Shown here one piece after another: positions 1-12,814 of a stretch of 64,000 nt of DNA; the stretch's first letter is position 1, and each line of letters starts with the position of its first letter. The stretch comes from Eledone cirrhosa. Its lineage: Eukaryota. The position numbers and the translations under genes are program-made. The stretch covers positions 216,566,001 through 216,630,000 of the forward strand of contig OZ024742.1 in the NCBI GenBank assembly GCA_964016885.1, read 5' to 3'. The notes under the pieces are model-generated. The model saw nothing but the letters and a program-made list of their open reading frames with translations. It ran no database searches and had not been told where the DNA came from.

Positions 1-214
1 CATTGAGTAACCATGTCAGATTTACATATTTCCAAGTAAATTGAAAACAATGTGTATATCCTAAATCATGTTTCGACCGTTATTCGATAGTCATCAGAAT
101 CTTTTTTACATCATCCATAGGGATATACGTAACTAATTGTTTTATAAATCCTATGTAAGTAAATTTAATAAACGTAACACCACCATAAATGAAACTTAAG
201 TGTCTGTGTGCCTC

Positions 215-1925
215 GTGGTCCCGGCCCACAGTATGGAGAAGACATTCTCCCCGAGGATGGCGTGTAAAACGCGCTGGAACAGCCACTCCAAATTGTGTGG
301 CTCGCACCTACGGACAACCAAATCAGCTCCAATAGGAGTAAGCAAGGATGTGGCCCGGGGACTAAGAACACTGGAAGTCTCTACTGCCACAGGCTCACTA
401 CAAACCCAGCAGAGAGCGGCAGATAATTTGACAGTTTTCCCTTTTCAGCCTGGCAGGCAGCAAAGTGTAGGCTGCTAGGCGAACGCACTAGGTTATTGCT
501 AGAGAAGGTGTCATAACATGTAACATTCCAGATTAGAGGCCTACCCCCGCGGAACGGGAATATAGTCATGCCATCTGGCCTTTTGCCGTCTTCTCAGTCC
601 AGCCCCGCTGGCTCGAGCTGGGAATGGAAACCTTCCCTGTCATGGCCATGCATTATGATCTCGTTGAAAGCAAGATGGTGTAGGAGGCGGCCAACACAAT
701 AAGGGCATGGTGGAGACGGAAAGAATACCAACACAGCAACATCTGTGAATCTCAGAGATCCAGAGGCCGAACCTCAGGGAAATACAAGCAATCACTATCC
801 AAATGAGTCCCAGTCGAAAATGCTGGTACTGTGTGAACCAGGCGCCACTGTGGTTATTGGAAAGCCGAGCGAAAACATGCCAGACAGTGTTAGTTGAACC
901 AGCTGTCTATGGTCATGTTGCACTGGATAGAATCCCATTTGTTTTGGAGGAACCCTGTTGATAAAGACATCAACAGGGTTCTCCGACGGAAGAAATATCT
1001 GCAGGGCCAGTAAGACAGGAGAGCGGACACCGAGGCTGGCTGTCATATCTGACGGGTAAAGTGGTCTGTTGGCAACCGCTTTCATCAAACCAGACATTGC
1101 ATATCTTCTCGGCAACCCGTCGGATGCAGACGTCGAGATATGCGAGGGGAGATGCTTGGCTTTAGCAGAGGGCACTACGAAAAATGTATAAGAACTTCGG
1201 CATGGTAAAATATTTCCTTAACAGAAAGAGTGCCGGGCGAGCGTTGAACAGGTTCAGAGTTTCTAGCAGGTGAAGTCTGGACCTGAAGCTAGCGCGAATG
1301 GCAAGCCGTTGTTTTTCAGTGAACCGAGGATGATGATGTCTTCTGTAGAGTTTGCCTGCACCTGAGTAATGCTCGCATGCCTGAGGCGGAGGCCACGATA
1401 TCCTTTGCGTCATATTGAGGTTTGCGACCTTCGATTAGTTGAAATCGAAGCTGATCCTCGACAGAGGGGAATCACTGATCGGAGATTATGACAGACACTG
1501 TCTGCAGAGATGCCTATCGTCGCATCGTCCAGGAATCAGATGTTGAGTGGGGTGGTGATGCTCAGAGTAACGTCGTCTATCTCGAGAGCGAAAAGAAGGT
1601 GGCCTAAAGGATTGTCCTGATGGACGCTGGTTGGTATGACCCTGTCAGCAGCGAGGAGCATGCTTGGAGATCCATACGGGGAACGGCTGAATCACGCCTT
1701 GATCAAGTAGTCGCGGCGTAGACAGTTGAAGGCATTTCTCATGTCAAGCTTAGTGATGACATACCTGGAATCACTGGGAGGACAGTCGTTGATGAACTGT
1801 CTAGCGGCCCCCTCGCACCCACTGGTAACGCCGACCCCTAGCTGAACAGGTCTTCCTGGCCTAGTTCAAGTGCGACAGAATTGCAGATGACCTTGGCTGC
1901 GAGCCTCCGGAAGATATTTCCAAAG
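215..1925 (-). mobile_element. Degenerate CRE-clade non-LTR retrotransposon (RT + C-terminal restriction-like endonuclease), 5'-truncated
   Basis: Minus-strand frames give KLDMRNAFN, a GVQQGDPLG-like motif, FLDD, RPDGMTIFPFRGGRPLIWNVTCYDT and VAVETSSVL...WLFQRVLHAI, as in CRE/RLE elements. Many stops and frameshifts. Confidence 0.8.
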
Positions 1926-1934
1926 TTAAGACAT

Positions 1935-2657
1935 GGGAGGACTTTAGGGTTAAACTGAAATCCAACTTCAGATCAGCAAATAACGTGTTCTTCAGCCCAA
2001 CTACCGACTTTGTAATACGAGGTCCTACTCAATACATGTTATCAGGAACAGCTCTGGTGTTCTCCTCTCTTCAGAGTGGTGCATCCCACGAGATGAGCAA
2101 AAGGCTTTGCTAATCTTCTAAACTTGATCACAACAGTAGGGAACGATGACTAATTTCTCGGAGGCTGAGGTGACAAGAGCAATTAAAGAGTTCAAATGTG
2201 GCAAGACCGCTGAGGAGTATAAAACTCGGTCTGAGATGTTAAAACTCGGTCTGAGATGAAATAGAAAAGATATTCTCTGGCTGACTCGTGTGTGCCAGGT
2301 GGACTGGATCTCTGGAAATGCACCTAAGCAATGGCAATCGGAACAGATAATTTCAATTTTCAAACAGAGAAACAAGAGAACTGGCTTCAATTATTGAGGG
2401 ATCTATCAAGGGAGTCCACGCTATGAACTGTAGATATAAATGAACTTACACTGAAGTAAGTGGAGAAATTCAAATGCCTCGGGGTCCTGTTCACGTGTGA
2501 TGGAAGGTGGGAGGCTGAATTAAGTTCAAGAATTGAAGAAGCTGGTACAGTAATACGCCACATTCAGCATTTGTTCATCAGAGGAAGAGAGGTAGGTGCA
2601 AATGTCAAAATCATTATCTTTAATTCGGTATTCATGCCAGCCCTTACTTATATTTGA
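1935..2657 (+). mobile_element. RTE-clade LINE ORF fragment (internally deleted)
   Basis: EAEVTRAIKEFKCGK...WQSEQIISIFK and EKFKCLGVLFTCDGRWEAELSSRIEEA...IFNSVFMPALTY. Confidence 0.75.
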
Positions 2658-3112
2658 GAATATATGATACACAGAAATTACTAAACATATATGATAAATA
2701 CACGATATAACTTTATTATATATTTCGGCTTTTATCGCACGCTGATATATATTGAACAACCAATATCAGCGCTAATAATATGCAAATTAATACCCCATTT
2801 CATATCTCCCTTTGTTCCCCTACCTCTCCTCCGCTTTTCTCTACCCCGACCACTATCATAGAATTATCACAAATTAATACACCACGCTCTAGTCTTATCT
2901 TTATGATCGTTGTTTAATCTTCCTCCCACTTAGCTTCAGATAAGAACAATAACTTTATTACGTCAGCCCAATAAAACATTTCTCTGCAACTGTCTTTCTA
3001 CAAATCGCCCAACTAATACTTCTTTCCAACTAGTAATTGCAGTGAGCTCTGTTACCACCGTCCATTTATTCTAATTCATAAAGTTAACATAACTCTAGTA
3101 GTATTAATAATA

Positions 3113-3395
3113 ATTTCTTTATTAGCAACACAGGACTCACATTAAGGAAACATTAAAGACGATACAGTGTGGGTTTTTTTTTGTTTAAATAAAATTTATA
3201 AAAGAGGCAAAGAAAATAAATATCTAAAACAAACAACAAATTCCCAAAAGGTGAGGAGAACCTAAGAGTCACTCGTGTAGAAATCCCACAAAAGCCACGG
3301 TCACCCTACCCACTAGGGCAAAGAGCCCCCACCCAGTTTTTCTACTCTAAATCTACAAGCGTATGCTCAAGGCAGGCCCATTCACACGGACCTGT
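3113..3395 (-). mobile_element. Tx1-like LINE 3' end fragment
   Basis: Minus strand reads RVNGPALSIRL*, similar to the end of the ORF at 48263 (RVKGPSLYINL), followed by a 3'UTR with AATAAA. Confidence 0.5.
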
Positions 3396-4110
3396 TTCTA
3401 CTTTTGGCACAAGTTCAGTATTAATATTAATGACTGTTGTTGTTAACGTTGCTATTAACTTTTATTTTCTTCTGATTTTGCGCCACTGATCCTATCCTAT
3501 CCTGTGTGTTATCCATGTTATTTCCACTTATCTCTGTATCTCTACAAATTATTTGTAATTTTATGATTAACATCTTCTGCCACATTCTGGACAATCCTTA
3601 AATATAAATGTTATCTTCTTCATTCTAGTTCTAGATAAGAATAACTTCACCAATCTTTTGTTGTTATCTAGCTTTCTTTGGGCCTACAATACATCTCTCC
3701 AACAAGTAGTTATACTAAATATCTGTCTATTTGTTGTAACCAACAGATTTACTGTGGTTTTCGTAGCATTAATGATATAATATATTTTTACGTAACTGCT
3801 ATTAACGTTCTCTTGATTTTGCCCAGAGGACTTTGCCTATCTTCCTCAATGTTTTTCTATATGCTCTTTCTACTTGTCCCTGCATTACCAAGTACTATGT
3901 ATATTTTTTTGCTATACTTGTCTACCATGTTCTGGACAATCTTTTATCATATTCATATGTCTTAACTTTTCACATTAATTTTAGACGAGAACTGTAGCCG
4001 TTTAGTTATGTGCCTTTTCAGTAATAATCATTCTATAAAGTTCTCTCTTAGCGTCTACCAACCTATTAATCCTTCTAATTAACAGTAACGCCGTAGTCTT
4101 GGTAGCATTA

Positions 4111-4301
4111 GTGGATTGGCAGTATCGGTAGAGGGTCGGACGCCATGCTTTCCAGCATAGTTACGTCCCTTTACGATATGAGTTCAAATCCCGCCGAGGT
4201 TGACTTTGCCTTTCATCCTTACGGGGTCGATAAAATAAAGTGCCAGTAATGTACTGGGTAATTGCTGGCCTTGTGCCAAAAGTAGAAACAATTATTATTA
4301 A
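4111..4301 (+). mobile_element. tRNA-derived SINE with Meta-like central domain
   Basis: A box TGGCAGTATCGG, B box GAGTTCAAATCC, GCCTTTCATCCTTACGGGGTCGATAAAAT core, (ATT)n tail. Seven copies in the window. Confidence 0.9.
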
Positions 4302-4650
4302 TGGTAAGAATAGTAGTTTTCAATCGCCTGCTTTTATACTCTCTCCCCCAAGACATTTTTATTGCACCGGTTCTTGTATTTACTTATATGCTATTTCTAC
4401 TAATCATGACCATGTATTAGTTATTGGATTTAATACACAACCATTACACATTAAATCAACTGAGCAATTTAATTTATTGATTTGGGGGTCGAAAATTGTA
4501 CCAGTGATACCACAGTGACCTGTCGTCCTCAAATTCCACCCTTCTTTACTCTTTTATTTTAGTCCTATTTATGTTCTATTTTGAACTTAAATGGTTTTCC
4601 TACATGTTTTGTTTTGCTACAAATTACTCAACAGTATACTTTATCGAACG

Positions 4651-4830
4651 GTGGATTGGCACTATCGGTAGAGGGTCGGACGCCATGCTTTCAAGCATAG
4701 TTACGTCCCTTTACGATCTGAGTTCAAATCCCGCCGAGGTTGACTTTGCCTTTCATCCTTACGGGGTCGATAAAATAAAGTACCAGTAATGCACTGGGTA
4801 ATTGCTGGCCTTGTGCCTAAAGTAGAAACA
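4651..4830 (+). mobile_element. tRNA-derived SINE (same family) with 18-bp target-site duplication
   Basis: Near-identical to the 4111 copy. AGTATACTTTATCGAACG flanks it at 4633-4650 and 4831-4848. Confidence 0.92.
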
Positions 4831-5253
4831 AGTATACTTTATCGAACGATAGTGTTTCTAAGCATAGATAAACACTGTCGAATTCTCATGATCCTTTATT
4901 CTTCAACTGATATTAGCTGTCAACAATATTAGCTGTCACCAGCACTTGATATCAAATATTAACTGGTTTTCTTTCAATTTCGTTCCAATACCAACAGGTG
5001 AATTCTTCACGAAGGAAACAGAACTATTTGTACAAGAGTCAATTTTTTTTTATATATATACATATACATATATATATATATATAGTAAGGTGTATTGTTG
5101 GTTATGTAATACAGTCCAATAAATTTTTGTTAGCAAATTAAGTTCTCCACGCTTTTGTATATCTCCAATTCCATTTATGGGAACAGCTAGATGATGTAAA
5201 ACGGAGTATTTGTATCAAAATAAAGATCCGAATGCATAGTATAAATTTCTAAT

Positions 5254-5340
5254 CATTTTAATCACGACACATGTTTCAATAAGAGATAGATCGATTGTTT
5301 AGCCATGATCGATTATCACTGATCTCGTCAGATGAAAATG
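5254..5340 (-). ncRNA. Hammerhead ribozyme-like motif in PLE pLTR
   Basis: Minus: cattttcat-CTGACGA-long stem II-GAAA-CATGTG-TC-gtgattaaaatg. Confidence 0.6.
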
Positions 5341-5794
5341 AATTGTTTCAAATCCTTGATATGAGGGAGAAAATTAACGATGTTCACTCACAGAATTTAG
5401 TCCCTCATATGAAGATCAAACAGTCAAAACACGGCGACTGCTATCGTCTTCAGTTAGAGACTTGATAGTTTTATGACCCTATCTCCCAATAGCTGTAAAA
5501 GACTCTGGACATCAATCAAATCTGTAGAATTACAGTCGGTCACAGCTAATGTAAGTGGGTACACACACACTCACACACACCGACGCGAGGTCAAAGAAAA
5601 AATATATACATATACCAACATAGCATTAAATCTGTAGAACTATAGACGGTCACAGTTAGCGTGAGTGAGTATACACACACTCACACACACCGACACGAGG
5701 TGAAAGAAAATATATAAATATACCAACATAGTATTCAACGAAAGTTAGTTTACAAAACAACAAATGTTATATTGGTCAAATCTCAATTTGACGC

Positions 5795-7955
5795 GGCCCC
5801 TTCGAAGCCCCTTCGAAGTCGGACATAGGAATCGGGAGTAAAAACATCCCTGATAAAATAATCCCCACTCTAGTTAGGAGATCGAAGCTTAAATTATGGT
5901 CAGGAACTAGTGAGGTAATTAACTGGTTTGAGAAATCGCAGAATAAGAATAGCACTAAGTTTATACAGTTCGATATCTCTAACTACTACTTTTTCGATCT
6001 CTCCAACTCTTCTAGGTAAGGCTCTAAACTTTGCTAGCTTACATACCGACCTTACATCTGAAGAAATAAATTAAAATTATTCTCCTAGCTAGGAAAACCT
6101 TAATTGAGTTCAACGGTGACGTTTGGACGAGGAAAGATTGGCCAGACAATTTCGACATCACCATGGGATCCACAGACTCGGTGACGGATCTGGTGGGCCT
6201 TTACTTCCTCGACTGTCTCGGAGTGGAAATTCCCCCACTTGGGCGATGGAGCTTACCGTGACGACGTTTTGTTTACTGTGTCGTTCTATAATAATAGTAT
6301 AGTAGAGAGGGTGAGGAAAAAACTAAGCAAATTCTTCAACAATATAGATCTAAGTATAGTGTTTGAAGAAAACCTGAAGATAGTTAATTTTCTAGATGTT
6401 ACAATTAACCTCAATTCATGAGTCTTACACCAATACCACAAACACAACGAAAATTTAAATTATGTCAACGCAAAATCGAACCACCCTAGAATAGTGACTA
6501 ATGGTATTACCAAAAGCGTCTCTAGTAGAATTTCAGGACTATCTTCCAATGAAGATAGCTTTGATAGGATCTCGGATTACTATAATAGCGCCCTGGAACG
6601 CGCGGGGCATAGCGAGGGAATCTCATTCAATCGTCCATTAAATAGTAGTAGCAACATTGCCTGCGATAGCTTAGGCCAAAATAGTGACACTTTAGTTAGC
6701 AGCAGGGGGGGTGCGAGGGAGGATCAATATAGACTTCATGTTGCATTGCCTCCTAGTCCCAATGTCTATGGTACTAATGGAAACGATCACCCAAGTACAA
6801 ACACGGGGTCTGAGCACCGTAATGCCAGCGGAAACTCTAATTGTAACCTTAATTGTAGAACTGATAAAACAACCGTTGAACGTAAAATGGAACGAGGGTT
6901 GGGTAGAGGGAATAGGCATAAATGTAGCAGGCGCATAGTGGATATAACCCTGGCTATCGAGGGTAATCCCAATAGCTGCATGGGGGATACACCGCCCTGG
7001 AGACTTGGGACGATTCCGAACACAATCGGGACACCCCAGGACACCATCGACCCAGAGGCAGTTTTCAGTTATAATAGACCAGTAGCAACTAAGGAGACAG
7101 GTAACTCTAGTATAGATAGTAAGAACAAGAGGCATCGGACCAGAAAGATCATGTGGTATAACCCCCCTTACTCCACTGGCCTGACCACTAGTATAGCTAA
7201 GCTTTTCTTTAGGGCCTTAGACAAATGCTTCCCTAGATTACACAGATACTATAAAATATTCAATAGGAATATCATCAAGCTGTCCTACTCCACAACAAGT
7301 AACATAGCACAGAATATAGCTAAGATAAATTATAGTAGACTTAGAACACCCCAAGGGGGGATGGGACATGGCAGAACTAATGGCAGCTCTATGGATGAAC
7401 GGTCTCATACACGTGAGGCGAGTCGGGTATCCCCAACCTCTGGGAACTTACCCATAGATCAGACAAGAACTGAGACCTGACCCAGAGGTACCGTGGTTCC
7501 TCTGGAACTACCCAGGTCGATAATAGAAAATGTGATTACAGAAACACCGCCACTTGCCCATGGCTGGGAAATTCCTCACCAAAAACATAGTTTACGACTG
7601 TAAGGTCTCCACTTTAGATAGAACATTCAGGTATGTTGGGGCAACTGCCACTGAATTTAAGGATAGAAGGTATAATCACCGCCATACCTTTAATAGATTA
7701 GATTTTAAAAATAGCACGGCGCATTCTGAATTAGTCTGGAAGCTTAAACAACAGAATATAGAGCACTCCTTATCCTGGTCCATAATTTGCTCAGCCCAGC
7801 CATATAACGGCAGCACTGGTGTCTGTAATTTATGTATAGCTTAAACTTTTAATATTATTAGAGGCGGCTCACTATTAATCAATAGGAGAGCTGATTTTTT
7901 CAGCAACTGCCAACATAGAACCTCGAAAACCTTCCGCACGATTTTCGGAAAGTAA
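5795..7955 (+). pseudogene. PLE polyprotein remnant: RT + GIY-YIG endonuclease
   Basis: FIQFDI, FDITMGS, AYRDD, VNFLDVT, SNHP, WYNPPYS, CPMAG..NIVY..YVGATATEFKDR...HR, with in-frame stops and frameshifts. Confidence 0.88.
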
Positions 7956-9357
7956 CCTACCACTAACTCCTCCCTCTCTACCTTAGCCATAGAATTCTCT
8001 CAATTAGCAATAGACAACCACACACTCAGGTAGTTAGACAGCTAAGATTGTTTGCGCACTTACAAACGGTACTCGGCCTGTTTACACAGAGTTCTCACAG
8101 CTGGGTGCACATTAGAATGCCTAGTTAGTAAATAGTTAGAATTATTACACACTCAGGTAACACCGATTACGCGCATTCACCATTACTTTAGGATACCCTA
8201 ACCATTGAGTTCTCTCGGTTAGGATATAGCTAGACGTATTACAGACTCAGTTAAGTCCGATTACGCTCTCTATACATAACTCTACACACAATACCCGGTT
8301 TCTTTAGACACTGAGTTCCCACAGTTATGACTGGTCACGTGCCTATCGATTGAACACTACACTAGGTTTTGATCCGTGATCATCTAACCATGGAGTGCTC
8401 ACGGTTATAGATTGGACAATAATACTTACACACCATTAATGGGCCCATACACATCCTCTGGGTTTTGCTATTCTTTGTTATTTTATTTTACTTTTTGTGT
8501 TGGATCACACACCTCCACCACGCAAAGATCTATCTTAAAAGCCCAAGGACCCATATGACGGGTAATCGCACATACTGAGACCTTAACCCAAATGCCTAAC
8601 CCTACACTGAACCTCTTGGTGGCTTACGTAGCGGTTGCTTGCACGCACAGATTTGGGGACTCAGATTCTCAATGGGACACCGGCACATACTGAGTTCGAT
8701 ATGAGCTGACTACTTGCTCTTCACATGGATGTGTATATACCTAAACATACACTCTTTTGGACGATACAGATGTGTATATACCATAACATACACTATTTGG
8801 AGATACGGATGTTACAATTCAATCTATACACGTAGAGCAGAACATTGAACTGAGCTTACTTACGTGTGTATAGGGTTGCGGTTGACCCAATATTTTCCAA
8901 TTTACATCGTCAAATTGAGATTTGACCAATATAACATTTGTTGTTTTGGAAACTAACTTTCGGTGAATACTATGTTGGTATATTTATATTTTTTCATTGA
9001 CCTCGCGTTGGTGTGTGTGAGTGTGTGTGTACTCACACTAACTGTGACCGACTGTAATTCTACAGATTTGATGCTATGTTGGTATATGTATATATTTTTT
9101 CTTTGACCTGGCGTCGGTGTGTGTGAGTGGATGTGTACCCATCCACATTAACTGTGACCGACTGTAATTCTACAGATTTGATTGATGTCCAGCGTCTTTT
9201 ACAGTTATTGGGAGATAGAGACTTGATAGTTTTATGACCCTAACTGAAAACGATAGCAGTCGCCGTGTTTTGACTGTTTGATCTTCATATATGGGACTAA
9301 ACTCTGTGAGTGAACATCGTTAATTTTCTCCCTCATATCAAGGATTTGAAGACAATT

Positions 9358-9442
9358 CATTTTCACCTGACGAGATCAGTGATAATCGATCATGGCTACA
9401 AGATCGATCTATCTCTTATTGAAATATGTGTCATGATTAAAA
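9358..9442 (+). ncRNA. Hammerhead ribozyme-like motif in PLE pLTR
   Basis: CTGACGA 9367-9373, GAAA 9421-9424, GTC triplet 9430-9432. Confidence 0.55.
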
Positions 9443-9531
9443 TAATTGGAAATTTATACCGGATCTTTATTTTGAAAAATATATATATATATATATATAT
9501 TGTGTGTGTGCGTGTGCAATTTATATGAATG

Positions 9532-9598
<67 letters not shown>

Positions 9599-9887
9599 AT
9601 ACGGTGTGATGTCTGTTATATGATAGCTTCAGAAAAAAGCCCACATCGTTAAGTCTTTAGAATATGAATTTAAAATAGGTGGCGCACAGATCAAAGACAA
9701 TGAAAATCCAATGGAAAGACGAACAGTCCTACTTCCTTCCATCTTTTTCAGTTGACACACTTGGGATACGTTTTCATCTGTAATTAAGTAATTCGCCTAA
9801 AGGCATAACTTGTCACGTCTTTGTCTCTACCTGTCTTGTTATATTCCAATGTGCACTCAAATGAATGGTATCAACATATATATATAT

Positions 9888-10726
9888 ATTTAAAGTTATA
9901 AAAGTCATGTTTGAGATAATCTTGAGCATTCACCTTAACACCTAAGAATAAACTCGAAGAATAAATCTGAGCATTTAATCCTTACAAAATGGTGAATGAC
10001 ATATATACATATATATCTAATGATATATACGTACAATAGAACATATCAACTTTAACAAGAGACAATCTGTATTGAATGTAAGAACACATGTTTCATTACG
10101 GTATCATATTAAAATTTAACAAAAATTTAAAACCTAGGTACCTGATAAAATTATATATATTTTTCCTTCATATGTATCCTTCAGATATCATGAATACGAT
10201 TCACCAAAATATCAGTGTAGTTAGATGATCGATCTGGAACGTCAGTAAAGGAAATAAATTCATCTGAACTTACACACGTAAAATTACAAAACTGAGAACA
10301 GCGAAAGAAGCACATGGTGTTATCAAAAAAGCCACCGCACAAAGTCACTGTCCCAGTGACGGGAAAGGGTTTAAGGACAACTAGAAACAGCTGCCTAATC
10401 TCCCAACATAGTGAAAGATCAACCAAGTAGGAGCATAAATATATTACATTTAAAATTATATATGTCATGTTTGAGATAATCTCGAACATGCGCCGTATCA
10501 CCTAAGAATAAACTCAAAGAATAAATCTGAGCATTTAATCATTACAAAATAGTGAATGACATATATACATATATATCTAATGATATATACGGACAATAGA
10601 ACATATCAACTCTTTAACAGGTGATAATCTGTATTTAATGTAATAGCACATGGTTCGTTACGGTATCATATTAAAATTTAACAAAAATTTCAAATATAAA
10701 AATTATATATATTTTTTCCTTTATAC

Positions 10727-10728
<2 letters not shown>
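9888..10728 (-). mobile_element. Non-coding ~560-bp unit in 1.5 tandem copies with degenerate HHR (retrozyme-like)
   Basis: Direct repeat ~9890-10175 / ~10448-10728. Minus CTGAAGG...GAAACATGTG at ~10075-10195. (AT)n flanks. Confidence 0.55.
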
Positions 10729-10776
<48 letters not shown>

Positions 10777-11258
10777 GGAAAATAGTAAAATCGAATCTCT
10801 GGCGGTTTGCAAGTAAATTTGGCCTACTTATATGAAATGATGAGTTAGCAAAGTACTCTATAAGTTGGGGCCTTAGAGTAATAACATACGTTTAAATAGC
10901 TTGACAAATCGAACATTGTGGTAGGCAAATCTAACACACAATATATACCAAAGTAACGATAGAACTAATCAGGTTGAGAAAAATTCACCTGGACAAATCA
11001 AACGATCAATCGTTTAAAGTGTTTCTTTGAATACGAAATCAAATATCAGACTTACGTGACTGGCAAGCTCGTGGTATTCATGATCGAACGGAGGATTCAG
11101 TTTTTTAACATGTTTTTCGTTCTACCAAGGACCGAAGTGATAAGCTATATGTTGCTGCTATATATGCTGCGAATCGTATCTATAGCTGTCACGTGTTAAT
11201 TCCGGCAAGGGAAATCACCCCAGCTTTTTGGCGGGTCATTCAAAATGTTAGACAAAGG

Positions 11259-11423
<165 letters not shown>

Positions 11424-11472
11424 ATATATTATATATATATATATATTATATATATATATATATTATATATAA

Positions 11473-11558
<86 letters not shown>

Positions 11559-11559
11559 T

Positions 11560-11625
<66 letters not shown>

Positions 11626-11759
11626 ATATATATATATATATAATATATATATATATTATATATATTTATATATATATTATATATATATGAATATATATAT
11701 TATATATATATATTATATATATAATAATATATATAATATATCTTACCACACCTTCTTTG

Positions 11760-11789
<30 letters not shown>

Positions 11790-11793
<4 letters not shown>

Positions 11794-12040
11794 AGTATAT
11801 GTTGGTCGTATACCAACACCTCAGTATGCAGATTGGAGCACTCGACATGTGCGCAGGTTGGTTTAGTTACTCCCGAGTAATGTAAAATAAACTAAAATAA
11901 ATAAGTCAAATATTTAAAATTCAGCTTCCTTTATTACTGCTATATATATTTCGGTGAGAGCCATCTTTGGCTGTCACCGAAATATATATAGCAGTAATAA
12001 AAGATCCAAATTTTAAATATTTGACTTATTTATTTTATTT

Positions 12041-12046
<6 letters not shown>
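11790..12046 (-). mobile_element. Fold-back HHR element (same family as 61382-61902)
   Basis: Palindrome ~11885-12046 centred on the HHR stem II loop (GAGCCA-tctt-TGGCTG). Tail 11790-11884 matches the reverse complement of 61808-61900. Confidence 0.8.
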
Positions 12047-12086
<40 letters not shown>

Positions 12087-12251
12087 ATATTTATCATATA
12101 TATATATATATATATATATTTATCATATATATATGATATATATATATATATATATATATTTATTTATATGTATATATATATATATATATTTATCATATAG
12201 ATATATATGATATATATATATATATATATGATATATATATATATATATATA

Positions 12252-12337
<86 letters not shown>

Positions 12338-12365
12338 ATATATATTTATCATATAGATATATATG

Positions 12366-12399
<34 letters not shown>

Positions 12400-12465
12400 A
12401 TTTATCATATATATATATATGATATATATATATATTTATATATATATATTTATCATATATATATA

Positions 12466-12551
<86 letters not shown>

Positions 12552-12554
<3 letters not shown>

Positions 12555-12750
12555 AAAGTTCTATTTAAAATTGTTGGGATACAACAAGTAAATATTTTTA
12601 TAACTGATATAAAGCACTCGACAACTTTTTGGAGTAGATATACGATATTAATAAATAGAAACTATATTTAATGTATGTATCCCTGAAATATGTATAATGA
12701 AATAAATATGGTTTTATAAATATAGTTTCCATTTATTAATATCGTATATA
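12552..12750. mobile_element. Fold-back element remnant (family of 44245-44583)
   Basis: Shared sequence and inverted arms ATATACGATATTAATAAAT...ATTTATTAATATCGTATAT. 3' half of an HHR (GAAATATGTATA). Confidence 0.65.
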
Positions 12751-12814
12751 TATATATATATTTATCATATATATATATGATATATATATATATATATCAT
12801 ATATATATATATCA

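Larger units (their letters stand above)
5085..9478 (+). mobile_element. Penelope-like element (YRDD, Hydra-clade-like) with inverted pseudo-LTRs, inserted in (AT)n
   Basis: Inverted repeats ~5217-5794 / ~8906-9477, with a tail extension 5085-5216 on the inverted copy. Internal RT and GIY-YIG remnants. (AT)n on both sides. Confidence 0.9.

Noticed and set aside
60-100. HHR-like words at 62-100(-), 11025-11055(-), 18330-18350(-) and 31745-31812(-)
   Set aside because: Core or stems are too degenerate to call individually. Probably decayed relatives.
4111-4200. tRNA genes
   Set aside because: The A/B boxes belong to SINE heads followed by a SINE body and tail, and no cloverleaf is apparent
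6419-6421. In-frame TGA in the first PLE as recoding
   Set aside because: It aligns with Gly in the related element (DLSMGIY), so it is simple decay
9627-9778. Possible minus-strand terminal exon ending in a hydrophobic stretch
   Set aside because: Only an acceptor-like site and a 50-codon frame, with no linkage to other exons
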